Notes: generated by a model from the sequence alone, not told the origin. Shown: positions 7,432 to 16,756, counted from the first letter of the stretch. The stretch is 64,000 bases of DNA from a virus (IMGVR_UViG_3300028888_000066:1-64000); one strand, 5' to 3'. Translations and numbers: made by a program.

Positions 7432-9810
7432 TTAATCGAAACAATCACCAACATGGTTAATAACCACTTGTCCACCTAAAGCTGTATCATACTCATCAAT
7501 TTCCATATTCCAACGTAGCCATTCTGTATGTTGCTTCGGTTGCGGCTGGTCCGCGGGTATATGTACAACTGGCACATTATCTAGCTTATACCAAGTTACA
7601 TTATTCTCATCAACTTTTACATCTATTACATGGGGTGGTAGTGTAGGTGTTGGAGTGGGCGTAGCCGTAGGTGTTACTGTGGGTGTTGGAGTCGCGGTTG
7701 GTGTTGGAGTTGCAGTTGGTGCGGGAGTTACTGTAGGAGTACTTGTTGGACTCGGAGTAGGTGAAGATGTTAATGTTGGAGTAGGAGAAGGAGATTCGAT
7801 AGGTTTTTCCTTTTTATTTTCAAATTCAAATGTAACTACCACATCTTCGGTAATATATTGCGTAATACTACCTTCACTTACTAGAGTATAGCCGTCAGGT
7901 ATATCTACTTCTTCAACAGTATATTTTCCCGCAGGAATATCTACTAATGTATATTCACCTATACCACTTTCATTTACTAATATTTCTATATACAGTGGTT
8001 CCTCTAACTCCGTACTTGAAATTTTAAAGAAGAAAATTGCTTCTTCAATATTCTCAGTTTCTACAATCTTTTTCTGTATAATTAAATTACAGGTAGGATT
8101 CATAGGAGTTGGTGATGGTGTCGGCGTCTCTGTAGGTATTGGAGTTGGACTTGGGCTTTCAGTTACTACAGGCGGATTGGTAGATTCGCCAGGAGGCGCG
8201 GTAGGACTTGGAGTAGGTGAAGGTGAGGGCGTAGCTGTTATAGCCGGAGGTGGTGTAGGTGTAGGCTTATTTGGCGGATCAATTTCATTGATAATTACCG
8301 CATTGCCTTCTTCATCATACTCGATGGCTTTTAGTTTATAATTTGCTGTAGCAATTTCCTCAATTTCCAATAGACCTTCTTCAACATCAGTTAAAGTTAT
8401 ACTATCTCCTACTCCTAGATTATATACTGTACCATTAATGATGATAGCAAATCTAGGATTAGTACGATGTAAAACGCCAGTATGATGCCATACTTGTGAT
8501 CCATTTTGACTAATCCAGAATAAGCGCTGTCCTTCTCGTAAATTAATTTCACTAAAAGGCATAGCATTTTCTGGTATAAAGACTTCGTTTATTAAGCGCG
8601 CAGTCATAGCATCATTTGGGTCTGTCGGGTCATATATTAATTGACTTTCAGGAATAGATGCTAAATCTGCGGGCGCACGATACACAATACTTGGTAATGT
8701 GCCACCTGTAGAACCACTTTTTAATTGATATAGACTGATAGCTTGACCTTCTGTATTGACAAATAAAACCCAATTTTCTTTATTACCGCAATGATTAGAG
8801 CGGTGTCCTTCTTTACTGGTAATATTAGCATGATTTGTAATATCGGCCATCCAATAACCGCCGCCTGCTCGGAAGGATGTATTATCCATAACATCGCAGC
8901 GTACTTGCCAAATTTCGCCTTGTAATTGTTTTGTAACTGTAATAGGCTTTGGCGTTGCAGTTGGAGTAGGAGTAGGTGTGGCTGTTGGAGTTGGGGATGG
9001 AGTAGGCCCAACAATAGTGGGAGTTTTACTATTAATATGAGTTTCACCCCATTTAGCCTCTACATTATTTCCAACTACGCTGACACGGTTATTACCAAGT
9101 AATAGAATATTAGAGGCTGGCGCGATTACAAATCCACAAATATCTCTTACTTCTACTTTTGGCGCGTCCGTCCAATAAGTAATACTTGGCCCGTCATAAG
9201 CGGATTCATCGTCTTCTGGGCATTGATATTTGGGAAAACCATTTTCGCCGCCGTGAATATATGCTACTCCATCACTTGATGCGGGCACATATATACAGGT
9301 TTCTCCATTGTTACCTAATTGGTTATATACTCCATACCAATAGTTAATTGTTGAAGAAACGGCGCTATCAGTTAATACACAATAAGCATCGGCACTACGT
9401 GCGTTATTACGATTTTTAAATATAAAACTACCCTGTTTATTATGTATATAACTATTATGTACTGTGGCAGTACTCCAAGAAGTACCATCATCAACATTAA
9501 TTTCATATGATTCTCCGGTTAGGGTTCCACCTACCCAAATAGAATTACGCATATGAGATTTTAGCTGACAATCATTTAAAGCGACAATACCAAATTGATT
9601 TAGGTTACTTAAAGTAACAGTAAAGTCTACAATTGGCGGCCCCGTATCAGATGGTGGTTCATCTGGTGGATTATCTGGTGGAGACGGCGGGTCAACTGGA
9701 GGCTCGACTGGTTCTATGTCAGTAGGAGTTGCTACTTCAAGATTGGAGTAAGCAATTATTGGACTTAAAACCAGCACTAGAATTAAAAGAAATGCGAGTA
9801 TTTTTTTCAT
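7432..9810 (-). CDS. secreted Pro/Thr-linker surface protein with pilin/prealbumin-like domain
   Basis: 792 aa, no TAG. Signal peptide MKKILAFLLILVLVLSP, (PT)n linkers, G.Y.V.E..IPDGY...F.N motif. Confidence 0.85.
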   Translation of the reverse strand: MKKILAFLLILVLVLSPIIAYSNLEVATPTDIEPVEPPVDPPSPPDNPPDEPPSDTGPPIVDFTVTLSNLNQFGIVALNDCQLKSHMRNSIWVGGTLTGESYEINVDDGTSWSTATVHNSYIHNKQGSFIFKNRNNARSADAYCVLTDSAVSSTINYWYGVYNQLGNNGETCIYVPASSDGVAYIHGGENGFPKYQCPEDDESAYDGPSITYWTDAPKVEVRDICGFVIAPASNILLLGNNRVSVVGNNVEAKWGETHINSKTPTIVGPTPSPTPTATPTPTPTATPKPITVTKQLQGEIWQVRCDVMDNTSFRAGGGYWMADITNHANITSKEGHRSNHCGNKENWVLFVNTEGQAISLYQLKSGSTGGTLPSIVYRAPADLASIPESQLIYDPTDPNDAMTARLINEVFIPENAMPFSEINLREGQRLFWISQNGSQVWHHTGVLHRTNPRFAIIINGTVYNLGVGDSITLTDVEEGLLEIEEIATANYKLKAIEYDEEGNAVIINEIDPPNKPTPTPPPAITATPSPSPTPSPTAPPGESTNPPVVTESPSPTPIPTETPTPSPTPMNPTCNLIIQKKIVETENIEEAIFFFKISSTELEEPLYIEILVNESGIGEYTLVDIPAGKYTVEEVDIPDGYTLVSEGSITQYITEDVVVTFEFENKKEKPIESPSPTPTLTSSPTPSPTSTPTVTPAPTATPTPTATPTPTVTPTATPTPTPTLPPHVIDVKVDENNVTWYKLDNVPVVHIPADQPQPKQHTEWLRWNMEIDEYDTALGGQVVINHVGDCFD

Positions 9811-9880
9811 TTGTCTCCCTCCTTATATGAAAATAGGGGCACCCGATGGTGTCCCAAGAGTGCATTTCACCTTGCCAGGT

Positions 9881-9966
9881 TGGTGCCCGAGGTCGGATTC
9901 GAACCGACACTCCCTTGCGAGAAGCGGATTTTAAGTCCGCTGCGGCTGCCTTTACGCCACTCGGGC
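9881..9966 (-). tRNA. tRNA-Leu(TAA)
   Basis: GCGGA-CTTAAAA-TCCGC, long variable arm, CCA encoded. Confidence 0.92.
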
Positions 9967-9975
9967 ATAAAAGGA

Positions 9976-10167
9976 AGATTAGGATTTTGTTTTTTTGGAG
10001 CTCCTGGCGCTACCGAGTATTAAGCCAAATAGCAGCTTTCATGGCTCCCAATCTCCACTGGTGTAAAACCCTCTATTTGTGTCGCCAGCTGTGCGACCGG
10101 AGGGATAATAGTTAGGATTTGTATGCGACAGAGTATTAAGCAAAATAGCCGATCATTGCTCCTAACT
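9976..10167 (-). repeat. two copies of an unknown stem-closed RNA motif (9976-10054, 10110-10167)
   Basis: Shared GGAGCnATGA...GCTATTTkGCTTAATACTCkGTnGC...ACAAA(A)TCCTAA, with different but complementary terminal stems. Confidence 0.65.
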
Positions 10168-10660
10168 TTATTCTTGTTTAGGGAACTTCCCAGAGTCAAG
10201 AGAAACTCGTCTACAGTGCATACGTTGCCGTCCGCGCGGTTTAAGCAGGACTTTCTACCTGCCGTATGATGTAGTGATGGACCCGGGCCTTACAGCCAGC
10301 CCAACGGACAGTTTTTACTCATGTTGGAGACAGGCAGGGTAACTTTGCTACCCACGCGTAGGTATTACCGCATTGCGCCTGAGCATGTACTCATTAAGCA
10401 CGTACCATAGCAGAATCCGATTCTTTAACGTACACTTTACTGCTCTATTGCACGGCCAGATGGTCTATTTTTTACTTGCTGTTGCCACTGTACATCGAAA
10501 GCGCAAGCTATATATTTCTCAATCCCCTATAGTGGGTTGCCCTACTCCAATTTATATACCGCTTTCCGAAGCGCAGGGGCGGTGGCCACCTTATATGGTA
10601 GGACGTAGGATGCTATAGATAACTATCCTCGCGATGGCTCTAAACATACTACCAAAATTA

Positions 10661-10731
10661 CTAGGCGCGGAAATAATGGAGATTAATAAATCAATTTCTA
10701 TTTAGCATAAAAGATTTGCTGCGCGCGCCTA
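10661..10731 (-). ncRNA. CAGCAA stem-family RNA copy B
   Basis: TAGGCGCGCGCAGCAA...CGCGCCTAG. Confidence 0.65.
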
Positions 10732-10837
10732 AATGTGATATAGCTATTATTCTTTAAAATACCGTAAATAACCATATCATAGGAACCAACAACGTCACCT
10801 CACATTTAATAGGTCGTTCTGTCCTCTTTACATATTT

Positions 10838-10866
10838 ATTATAGCAGAATTTCTGCTATATGTCAA
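10838..10866 (-). promoter_or_regulatory. sigmaA-type promoter
   Basis: TTGACA-17nt-TATAAT. Confidence 0.8.
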
Positions 10867-10877
10867 ATATTTAGTTG

Positions 10878-10940
10878 CTAGGCACATCTTTTTCTACTTC
10901 ATTTGCTTAATATAAAGAAATAAGTTGCTGCTTGTGCCTA
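10878..10940 (-). ncRNA. CAGCAA stem-family RNA copy C
   Basis: TAGGCACAAGCAGCAA...TGTGCCTAG. Confidence 0.65.
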
Positions 10941-11032
10941 AGTAAATAGTTCTTCTCTCGCTTATTTATGATATGGGGCACTAACCCATAAATAAGTCAG
11001 AGAATGAGAAGCATCATTTTAGTGTTTCCTCC

Positions 11033-11572
11033 TTACGGCCATTCCCCGAGTGGCTTTCCAAGATTTGCGCGTTCAACATCGGTATTATAGAAAACGCCTT
11101 GAGTAGCTTCGCCAGTTAGAAGTTCTTCAGCAATAGTCTGATATAAGGTGCTAATAATGCCGTGGCAATCGTTTAGATTGTCAGCAGCGAACTGAACTAC
11201 ACAGTTTTTAAATATTACATATGTAGTACCAATCCACTGATAACCTTCTTCCGCAGGACATACGGCATCAGCAAAAGCAGGATTTCCTTTAAACGCAGTT
11301 TTAAATAGTTCAACCTTGCTTGTAAACGCACGATTGCTTGGTACGCCATCTACCATTACTTCAAGTGTTACATTACCAAAATTAACTTCAGAAGGTAGAA
11401 TTCTCTGTAATGCAGCGACTTTATCTCCATTGTTACAGGCTAGAACAACACGAGGATGTTCGCCAGAAAAATCAGTATTGAAAGCAATCTGAGGATCGCC
11501 ATCAAATAGTGCTTCTAGTTTTCTAATTACAATTGTCCAAGGTGGTAGAATTTTTAGTCTGGGTTCTGTCAT
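11033..11572 (-). CDS. hypothetical protein
   Basis: 179-aa ORF from MTEPRL with GAGG RBS. Confidence 0.8.
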   Translation of the reverse strand: MTEPRLKILPPWTIVIRKLEALFDGDPQIAFNTDFSGEHPRVVLACNNGDKVAALQRILPSEVNFGNVTLEVMVDGVPSNRAFTSKVELFKTAFKGNPAFADAVCPAEEGYQWIGTTYVIFKNCVVQFAADNLNDCHGIISTLYQTIAEELLTGEATQGVFYNTDVERANLGKPLGEWP

Positions 11573-11976
11573 ATTGTTGTACCTCACATAATATAGAGTA
11601 TGCAGTTTACTTCGCTTCTTTTGGTATACCGTTTTCCGCTCCTTCTTGCCACATATCACTACTGACCTGCCCGCTTGTTATTTCAAGTGTACTTAATTGC
11701 TTTCGCGGCAGGTTTCGTGCCGGTGGTAGTTTAACTGCAAAATCCGTGTTAACGGTTGCCCGTGTTTATAGTTACGGGACCGAGCCGACACGAATATTTA
11801 TACACTACGTGCTAAGTGTAATGCCATTTTAATATCACTCTTTTGGGATGGCTCCCTCACCACGGCCGTCGTCGCTCACGAGACACAATCCAATGTTTCA
11901 ACAAGTCCACATCGAGTTGCCGCTGGACCTCAACCAGCCGGTCATATCCTGTCAATTCAGGCTTTATGTGGTTGAA

Positions 11977-12053
11977 TGGTACCCGATGGGAGATTTGAAC
12001 TCCACGTCTGCACCTTGAAAGGGTGCTGTGCTAACCTATTACACCAATCGGGC
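11977..12053 (-). tRNA. tRNA-Glu(TTC)
   Basis: GCACC-CTTTCAA-GGTGC, CCA encoded. Confidence 0.9.
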
Positions 12054-12148
12054 ATAATAGTCTTTTAAGGTAAAGACTTTCATCATAACCCCACATCTGC
12101 ATTAATGTTTATTTACTGCCAAGCTACATTTGGTCATCAAAGCACGAG

Positions 12149-12220
12149 CGACCTTACGCAGAATTGAACTGCGGTTTTAGGCGTGACAAGCCTACGTAAT
12201 CACCACTATACGATAAGGCC
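12149..12220 (-). tRNA. tRNA-Asp(GTC)
   Basis: TAGGC-TTGTCAC-GCCTA. Confidence 0.9.
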
Positions 12221-12308
12221 AATTATAGGGCACGTTTTATAGTGCGGTGCCCAAGCACTATATGCGATCAAGACAATGGCGGTAACTGGCATTTTACCAC
12301 CATTGGAG

Positions 12309-12425
12309 CGGCCTCTGAGAGAATCGGACTCCCATCAAGCGGTTAATTGCGCGATGCTGGACTTGCACCAACTAATCTCTATTGTATCGCACCAGCCGCC
12401 CGCTCTACCACTGAGCTAAGAGGCC
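12309..12425 (-). tRNA. tRNA-Asn(GTT) interrupted in the anticodon by a 46-nt insert (12347-12392)
   Basis: GGCGG-CTG[46 nt]TTAA-CCGCT. Removing the insert restores the CTGTTAA loop. Confidence 0.75.
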
Positions 12426-12457
12426 ATATGAGGGATTTTCTCCCTCTCAACATAATA

Positions 12458-12486
12458 ATTATACATTAAATTTCACTAAAAGTCAA
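12458..12486 (-). promoter_or_regulatory. sigmaA-type promoter
   Basis: TTGACT-17nt-TATAAT. Confidence 0.8.
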
Positions 12487-13413
12487 ATACTAATCTGGTA
12501 ATTTTTCATTAGTCAAAATATCATGTGTAAATCGTAATATATTTATCGGAAATGCTACTTTTCCTCTATACTATAAGCACTGTTTGAGACGTGGATTTCC
12601 TAATAATAACTTATTAGGATCAATCTCTTTTTCAAAGTGCCTGTAGAATATGCGCGCACCCGCCCATGCATCCTCTATATAAATAGGGCGTTCTGCCGCG
12701 GTGCGAATGAACCAATAATATAAGGCAATCGCAATTTGATTTATCTCTGTGGCAGTATTGATATTGTTGTTCCTGCAAATATTAATAGTATGAATAGATG
12801 TTAATGATAATGCGCGAGTCTAATCTTTATATAAACTTATATTATCATTCTTTTGTGTTAATGAATTTTCATCTTTTATCCATTCAATAATTGGAACATC
12901 TTTATATACAATTGGTCGTCCATCAACTTCTGTACATAGTCTACAGGTGCGATTAAATCCTATATCTTCATTCAAATATGAAGATTCGGCCGCGAATGTA
13001 ATATTATATTTCTCTAAAAATGCGCGCTTATATATTTTACCATGCATCCTATTATCAGTTTCTTTAGTTATTCCATCCTTATAGATATAAGGAAAACTAA
13101 TAATATTAGCATCTGGATTCTCTTTAATTGCTTTTATTACTTTATCTTGACTTGCATCAGAAATAAATATATCACCAGTATCTATAAACATAATCCAAGG
13201 ATTATCACTCTTATCAATACCTCGCTGACGCGCGCATCCGGGCCCACTATTTATATTCAATCTAAATAATTGTGCCGCATTTAGTGGGAAAATTGGAGTC
13301 TCTTTAGAATGGTCGTCTATAACTGTTACTTTAAATAAATTCTAATTAATAGAATTAAGTGTATTCAATAATCCTAATCGATTATTATAGTATGGAATAA
13401 TTAAATCAATCAT
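12466..13413 (-). CDS. glycosyltransferase family 2 (TAG read-through)
   Basis: MIDLIIPY...VIDDHS...NSGPGCARQRGI...MFIDTGD. Confidence 0.85.
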
Positions 13414-15073
13414 TCTTTATTTCTCCTATAAAACGATTTATATTTATGCGTGGTATTAGCGGATTACTATATTTAATTAATGTGGATACAGCTTTCTGAT
13501 AATATTGGTTTAGCATATTTTGATTAATTAGTTCAAATTGCTTATAGACATATTTATAAAAATATTTTAGCGCCTATAAATTATCTTTTAGATTATCTGG
13601 ATGTTCTTTAGCGCAACGTAAATAACATTCATACAAATAAACTAAATAATATGTTATTAATCGTGCTGGATATTTCCAATGTAGATTATTTTCTCTACAT
13701 ATTTTTACAATATGCTCTGCATTATAAGATAATCCAGGGATGTGTTTAAAGTAATAAAACGCTCCATTATTTGCCTATGTAATTGAGTCTTTATCTAATA
13801 TACGTCTATATAATACATTAGAATTAAAAGATAGGCGCACATTTTTATCATAAGTAGAAATATATTCTAAAATTAATTTACATGGAGCCATGAAGCCACG
13901 ATCTTCATTAGAGTATGAACCTTCTGGAATGATATTAAATCTAATGTGATATAATTCAATAAATTCACGACTGAAAATTTTTCCCCATAATAAAGTAGTA
14001 TCTTTTTTGAAGTAAGTTCCGCCATCGCCATTCCATGAAGTATAACTAAATATATAAGTTTGACTATAATTAATAATATTTTTAATTGCTTTAGAGAGTG
14101 CCACGCGTGAAGCAATACAATCTCCAGTATCTATAAACATAATATATGGATTATTTGTATGTTCTATTCCATATTGCCGCGCGGCTCCAGGGCCAGAATT
14201 ATGTTCTAACTATAAGAAATTAACTGTTGGAAAATCTTTTTTTAGTTCTTCATAACCTTCTCTTTTAGTAGAACAATCATCAACTACTGTAATAGTTGCC
14301 ATATTATAATTAATTGAATTTAAAGTTTCACGCAATCCATTTACATTATTATAATATGGAATAATTATATCTAGTGCAAAATTATCTGGCACATTGCGTT
14401 TAATTTCAATATCTCTATACTTCTATATAAGTGGAAGTTTTTGCCAATCTTTTACTGCGGCATAATGAATAATTTTTTCTTTTCCTAATTGTAAGCCTGT
14501 ATAATTATTTCTATTATACATATGATTCAATACAAGAATATGGCCTTGACACGCCATATTAATGGCAGTTTGTTCTGTTTCTTCAAAATAATATGTATGT
14601 AAATCTTCTACTAACTTTTTATCTAGTCCATCTTCGCGCCATTTCTTTAAATTTATCATAGCCACACCCATATTTATATAAGTAAGATTGGGTTTGCTTT
14701 TCTATGGTTCTAGACAGCCAGCAATATAATAATTATTTAAATTAAGTTCCCAAAGTTCAGATATATTTTCACGTACAATTGTATCATTATCTATAGTTAA
14801 AATACGATCTAAATGCGGAAAAATCTAACAAAAAACTACACGCAATAATACCATATAACTGCATCTGTTTTTCATATTGATACAATCTGATTTAAACCAC
14901 TATTGCTCACTAACATTTATACATTCTACCTCTGGCGGCAGTTCATAAGGAAATGTATCATCTTCAATTAAAAAATAAATTTTATCTACATTAGAATGAA
15001 TTAGGAGAGATTTCATAGAGGGTATCATATCCTAATATACATTGCGTGTACCGCAATAAACCGCTGCTCTCAT
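13406..15073 (-). CDS. GT8-GT2 fused glycosyltransferase (TAG read-through)
   Basis: Single frame joining ORFs 14671, 14392 and 14140. GT8 (DND, N.GV..INL..WR, HYA) followed by GT2 (IIIPYYN, VVDD, FIDTGD). Confidence 0.8.
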
Positions 15074-15184
15074 TATTTTCCTCCTTTATACACGAATAGG
15101 CGGTATAGTTAAACCATACCGCGTAAGCAGCAGTAGGTTGCTAGCCGCACATCGGTTTAGTCATCGTTTTTGCTAAGATGAGCG

Positions 15185-15257
15185 TGGCAAACTTGGGAGT
15201 CGAACCCAATCCTCGAAGGTTATGAGCCTCGCGACTTAACCGCTTGTCCTGTCTGCG
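15185..15257 (-). tRNA. tRNA-Met(CAT), initiator-like
   Basis: CTCATAA loop, mismatched C1 position. Confidence 0.8.
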
Positions 15258-15356
15258 ATATAAGAGGTTAACTTGTAGCTATCAAGTTAACCGAGGTAAG
15301 ATTAGCTAAATCAATACTTGTATAGCCGCTCCATAGCTCACCAGCAGGAATATTCC

Positions 15357-15433
15357 CGCCAGTGTGGGATTCGAACCCAAGACACTCATACAAAATACTG
15401 TCCCTCTACGCAGATCAACCCTGCGCTACCGGC
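15357..15433 (-). ncRNA. degenerate tRNA-like element
   Basis: Acceptor GCCGGT/ACTGGC, T-arm TGGGTTCGAATCCCA, no regular anticodon arm. Confidence 0.5.
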
Positions 15434-15477
15434 TACAACTTCTTGTTAATATATGCCAGTTGCCGGCACGATCGCGA

Positions 15478-15548
15478 TACCCTCAGAGGATTTGAACCTC
15501 ATTACCGCCCACGGGCGATGTTTTCTCCGACTTAAACTATCTTTGGGC
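15478..15548 (-). ncRNA. tRNA-like element lacking an anticodon loop
   Basis: D-arm GTTT/AAAC, TCGCC-CGTG-GGCGG, T-arm GAGG-TTCAAAT-CCTC. Confidence 0.55.
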
Positions 15549-15554
15549 ATGAAG

Positions 15555-15684
15555 CTAGACACATCTATGTAGTACGCCGCTCTACCAACTGAGCTAACTG
15601 CGACATAAGGTCGCAGTATTGGACTCGAACCAATGACACGCGGATCCTCAATCATCTTTAGAAAAAGGTTGCTGTATGTGTCTA
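15555..15684 (-). ncRNA. circularly permuted tRNA-like RNA (YrlA-like), CAGCAA family copy D
   Basis: Order is T-arm, closed acceptor hairpin, D-arm, inside TAGACACATACAGCAA...TGTGTCTAG. Confidence 0.8.
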
Positions 15685-15688
15685 TAAG

Positions 15689-15759
15689 AGCACCATACCA
15701 GATTTGAACTGGTGAAAACACGTTGGCAACGTGCTATGTTGCCACTACATCAATGGTGC
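15689..15759 (-). tRNA. tRNA-Gly(GCC)
   Basis: GCACG-TTGCCAA-CGTGT. Confidence 0.9.
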
Positions 15760-15800
15760 GCGCCCGTATTTTCTGGAGATACGGAACTCACTGTGACGTC

Positions 15801-15876
15801 TGCATCCGTAGAGGAGTCGAACCTCAGTTCGGTCCGATTTCGGCCGGACCTAGACTGCCGTAGCCTGAACAGGATG
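15801..15876 (-). ncRNA. atypical tRNA-like RNA
   Basis: CATCC/GGATG acceptor, GGTCCG-GCCGAAAT-CGGACC arm, GAGG-TTCGACT-CCTC. Confidence 0.5.
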
Positions 15877-15907
15877 ATATTGCCCTACTCCGAACTTCAT
15901 ATCGGTA

Positions 15908-15977
15908 TGCCGCAAATGGAATCGAACCATTTATTGCAGTTTACTGACCGCCGAGGAGCTCCACTCCTCCCTACGGT
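15908..15977 (-). ncRNA. atypical tRNA-like RNA
   Basis: 6-bp D-stem GAGGAG/CTCCTC, GCGGT-CAGTAA-ACTGC, AATGG-TTCGATT-CCATT. Confidence 0.5.
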
Positions 15978-16286
15978 TTTCGGACAATAACCTTTGATTT
16001 AATCCTCTTTTATAAAGCGCCGATCAAATGCTGGCAGGTTATCCCAACTTTGCGCTAACGATAGCTATCTTCAGTTTGCATAGCTTGACGCACTATGAAT
16101 AACCGATGAAATCTTTACGATCTAGTCGACACCTTTTGCTACGTCACACCTAGCAGAGTGGGGAGTCTAGACATACCTTCTCTCTATCGCGCCATCCCAG
16201 TTGTCTTATTTACTTGCCTCAAGGTGGATTAGCAAGTCCCTCAAGCACTTCGTTTCGCGCTACTCCATGCTACCTATTGGGAAATA

Positions 16287-16350
16287 CTAGGCACAATAAA
16301 CTCGATTGTTTAACAGACAATTGTTCAAAAAAAATTGCTGCATGTGCCTA
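16287..16350 (-). ncRNA. CAGCAA stem-family RNA copy E
   Basis: TAGGCACATGCAGCAA...TGTGCCTAG. Confidence 0.65.
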
Positions 16351-16418
16351 TGGGCTTAAAGTATTATTTAACGACATTGCCCTGGTTTGTCGGAGTTTTC
16401 TCTGCGTTCTCACGCGTG

Positions 16419-16492
16419 TAGGGTATCTGGGAATCGAACCCAGCATCTTAGGTTTATAAGACCTCTGCTTGAACCAACTAAGCTGATACCCA
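16419..16492 (-). tRNA. tRNA-Ile(TAT)
   Basis: AGGT-CTTATAA-ACCT anticodon arm, CTGGG-TTCGATT-CCCAG T-arm. Confidence 0.85.
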
Positions 16493-16511
16493 TCATCCTT
16501 TCAACATAATA

Positions 16512-16540
16512 ATTATATCAGAATTTATGCTGAAAGTCAA
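16512..16540 (-). promoter_or_regulatory. sigmaA-type promoter
   Basis: TTGACT-17nt-TATAAT. Confidence 0.8.
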
Positions 16541-16544
16541 ATAT

Positions 16545-16724
16545 TTACTGATTAAAATATCTGAAAACATTTTCTTCGGAGAAGCCTACCGATCTCATAA
16601 AATCAAGAAACATTTCACAGATATCATAATCATGAACACCATTTTCGTCTCGTCTTGCCTGCGTTACTGCTTTTTCTTCGCCATTTTCATCATGATAAGT
16701 ATAGGTAAATTCAATTCGTTCCAT
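16545..16724 (-). CDS. small acidic hypothetical protein (59 aa)
   Basis: MERIEFTYTYHDENGEEK..., AGGAG RBS, own promoter. Confidence 0.7.
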   Translation of the reverse strand: MERIEFTYTYHDENGEEKAVTQARRDENGVHDYDICEMFLDFMRSVGFSEENVFRYFNQ

Positions 16725-16756
16725 AGTAAATCTCCTTTTCTTTTTCTTACATATAT

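Noticed and set aside
12347-12392. Group I intron in tRNA-Asn
   Set aside because: 46 nt is far too short and there is no catalytic core.
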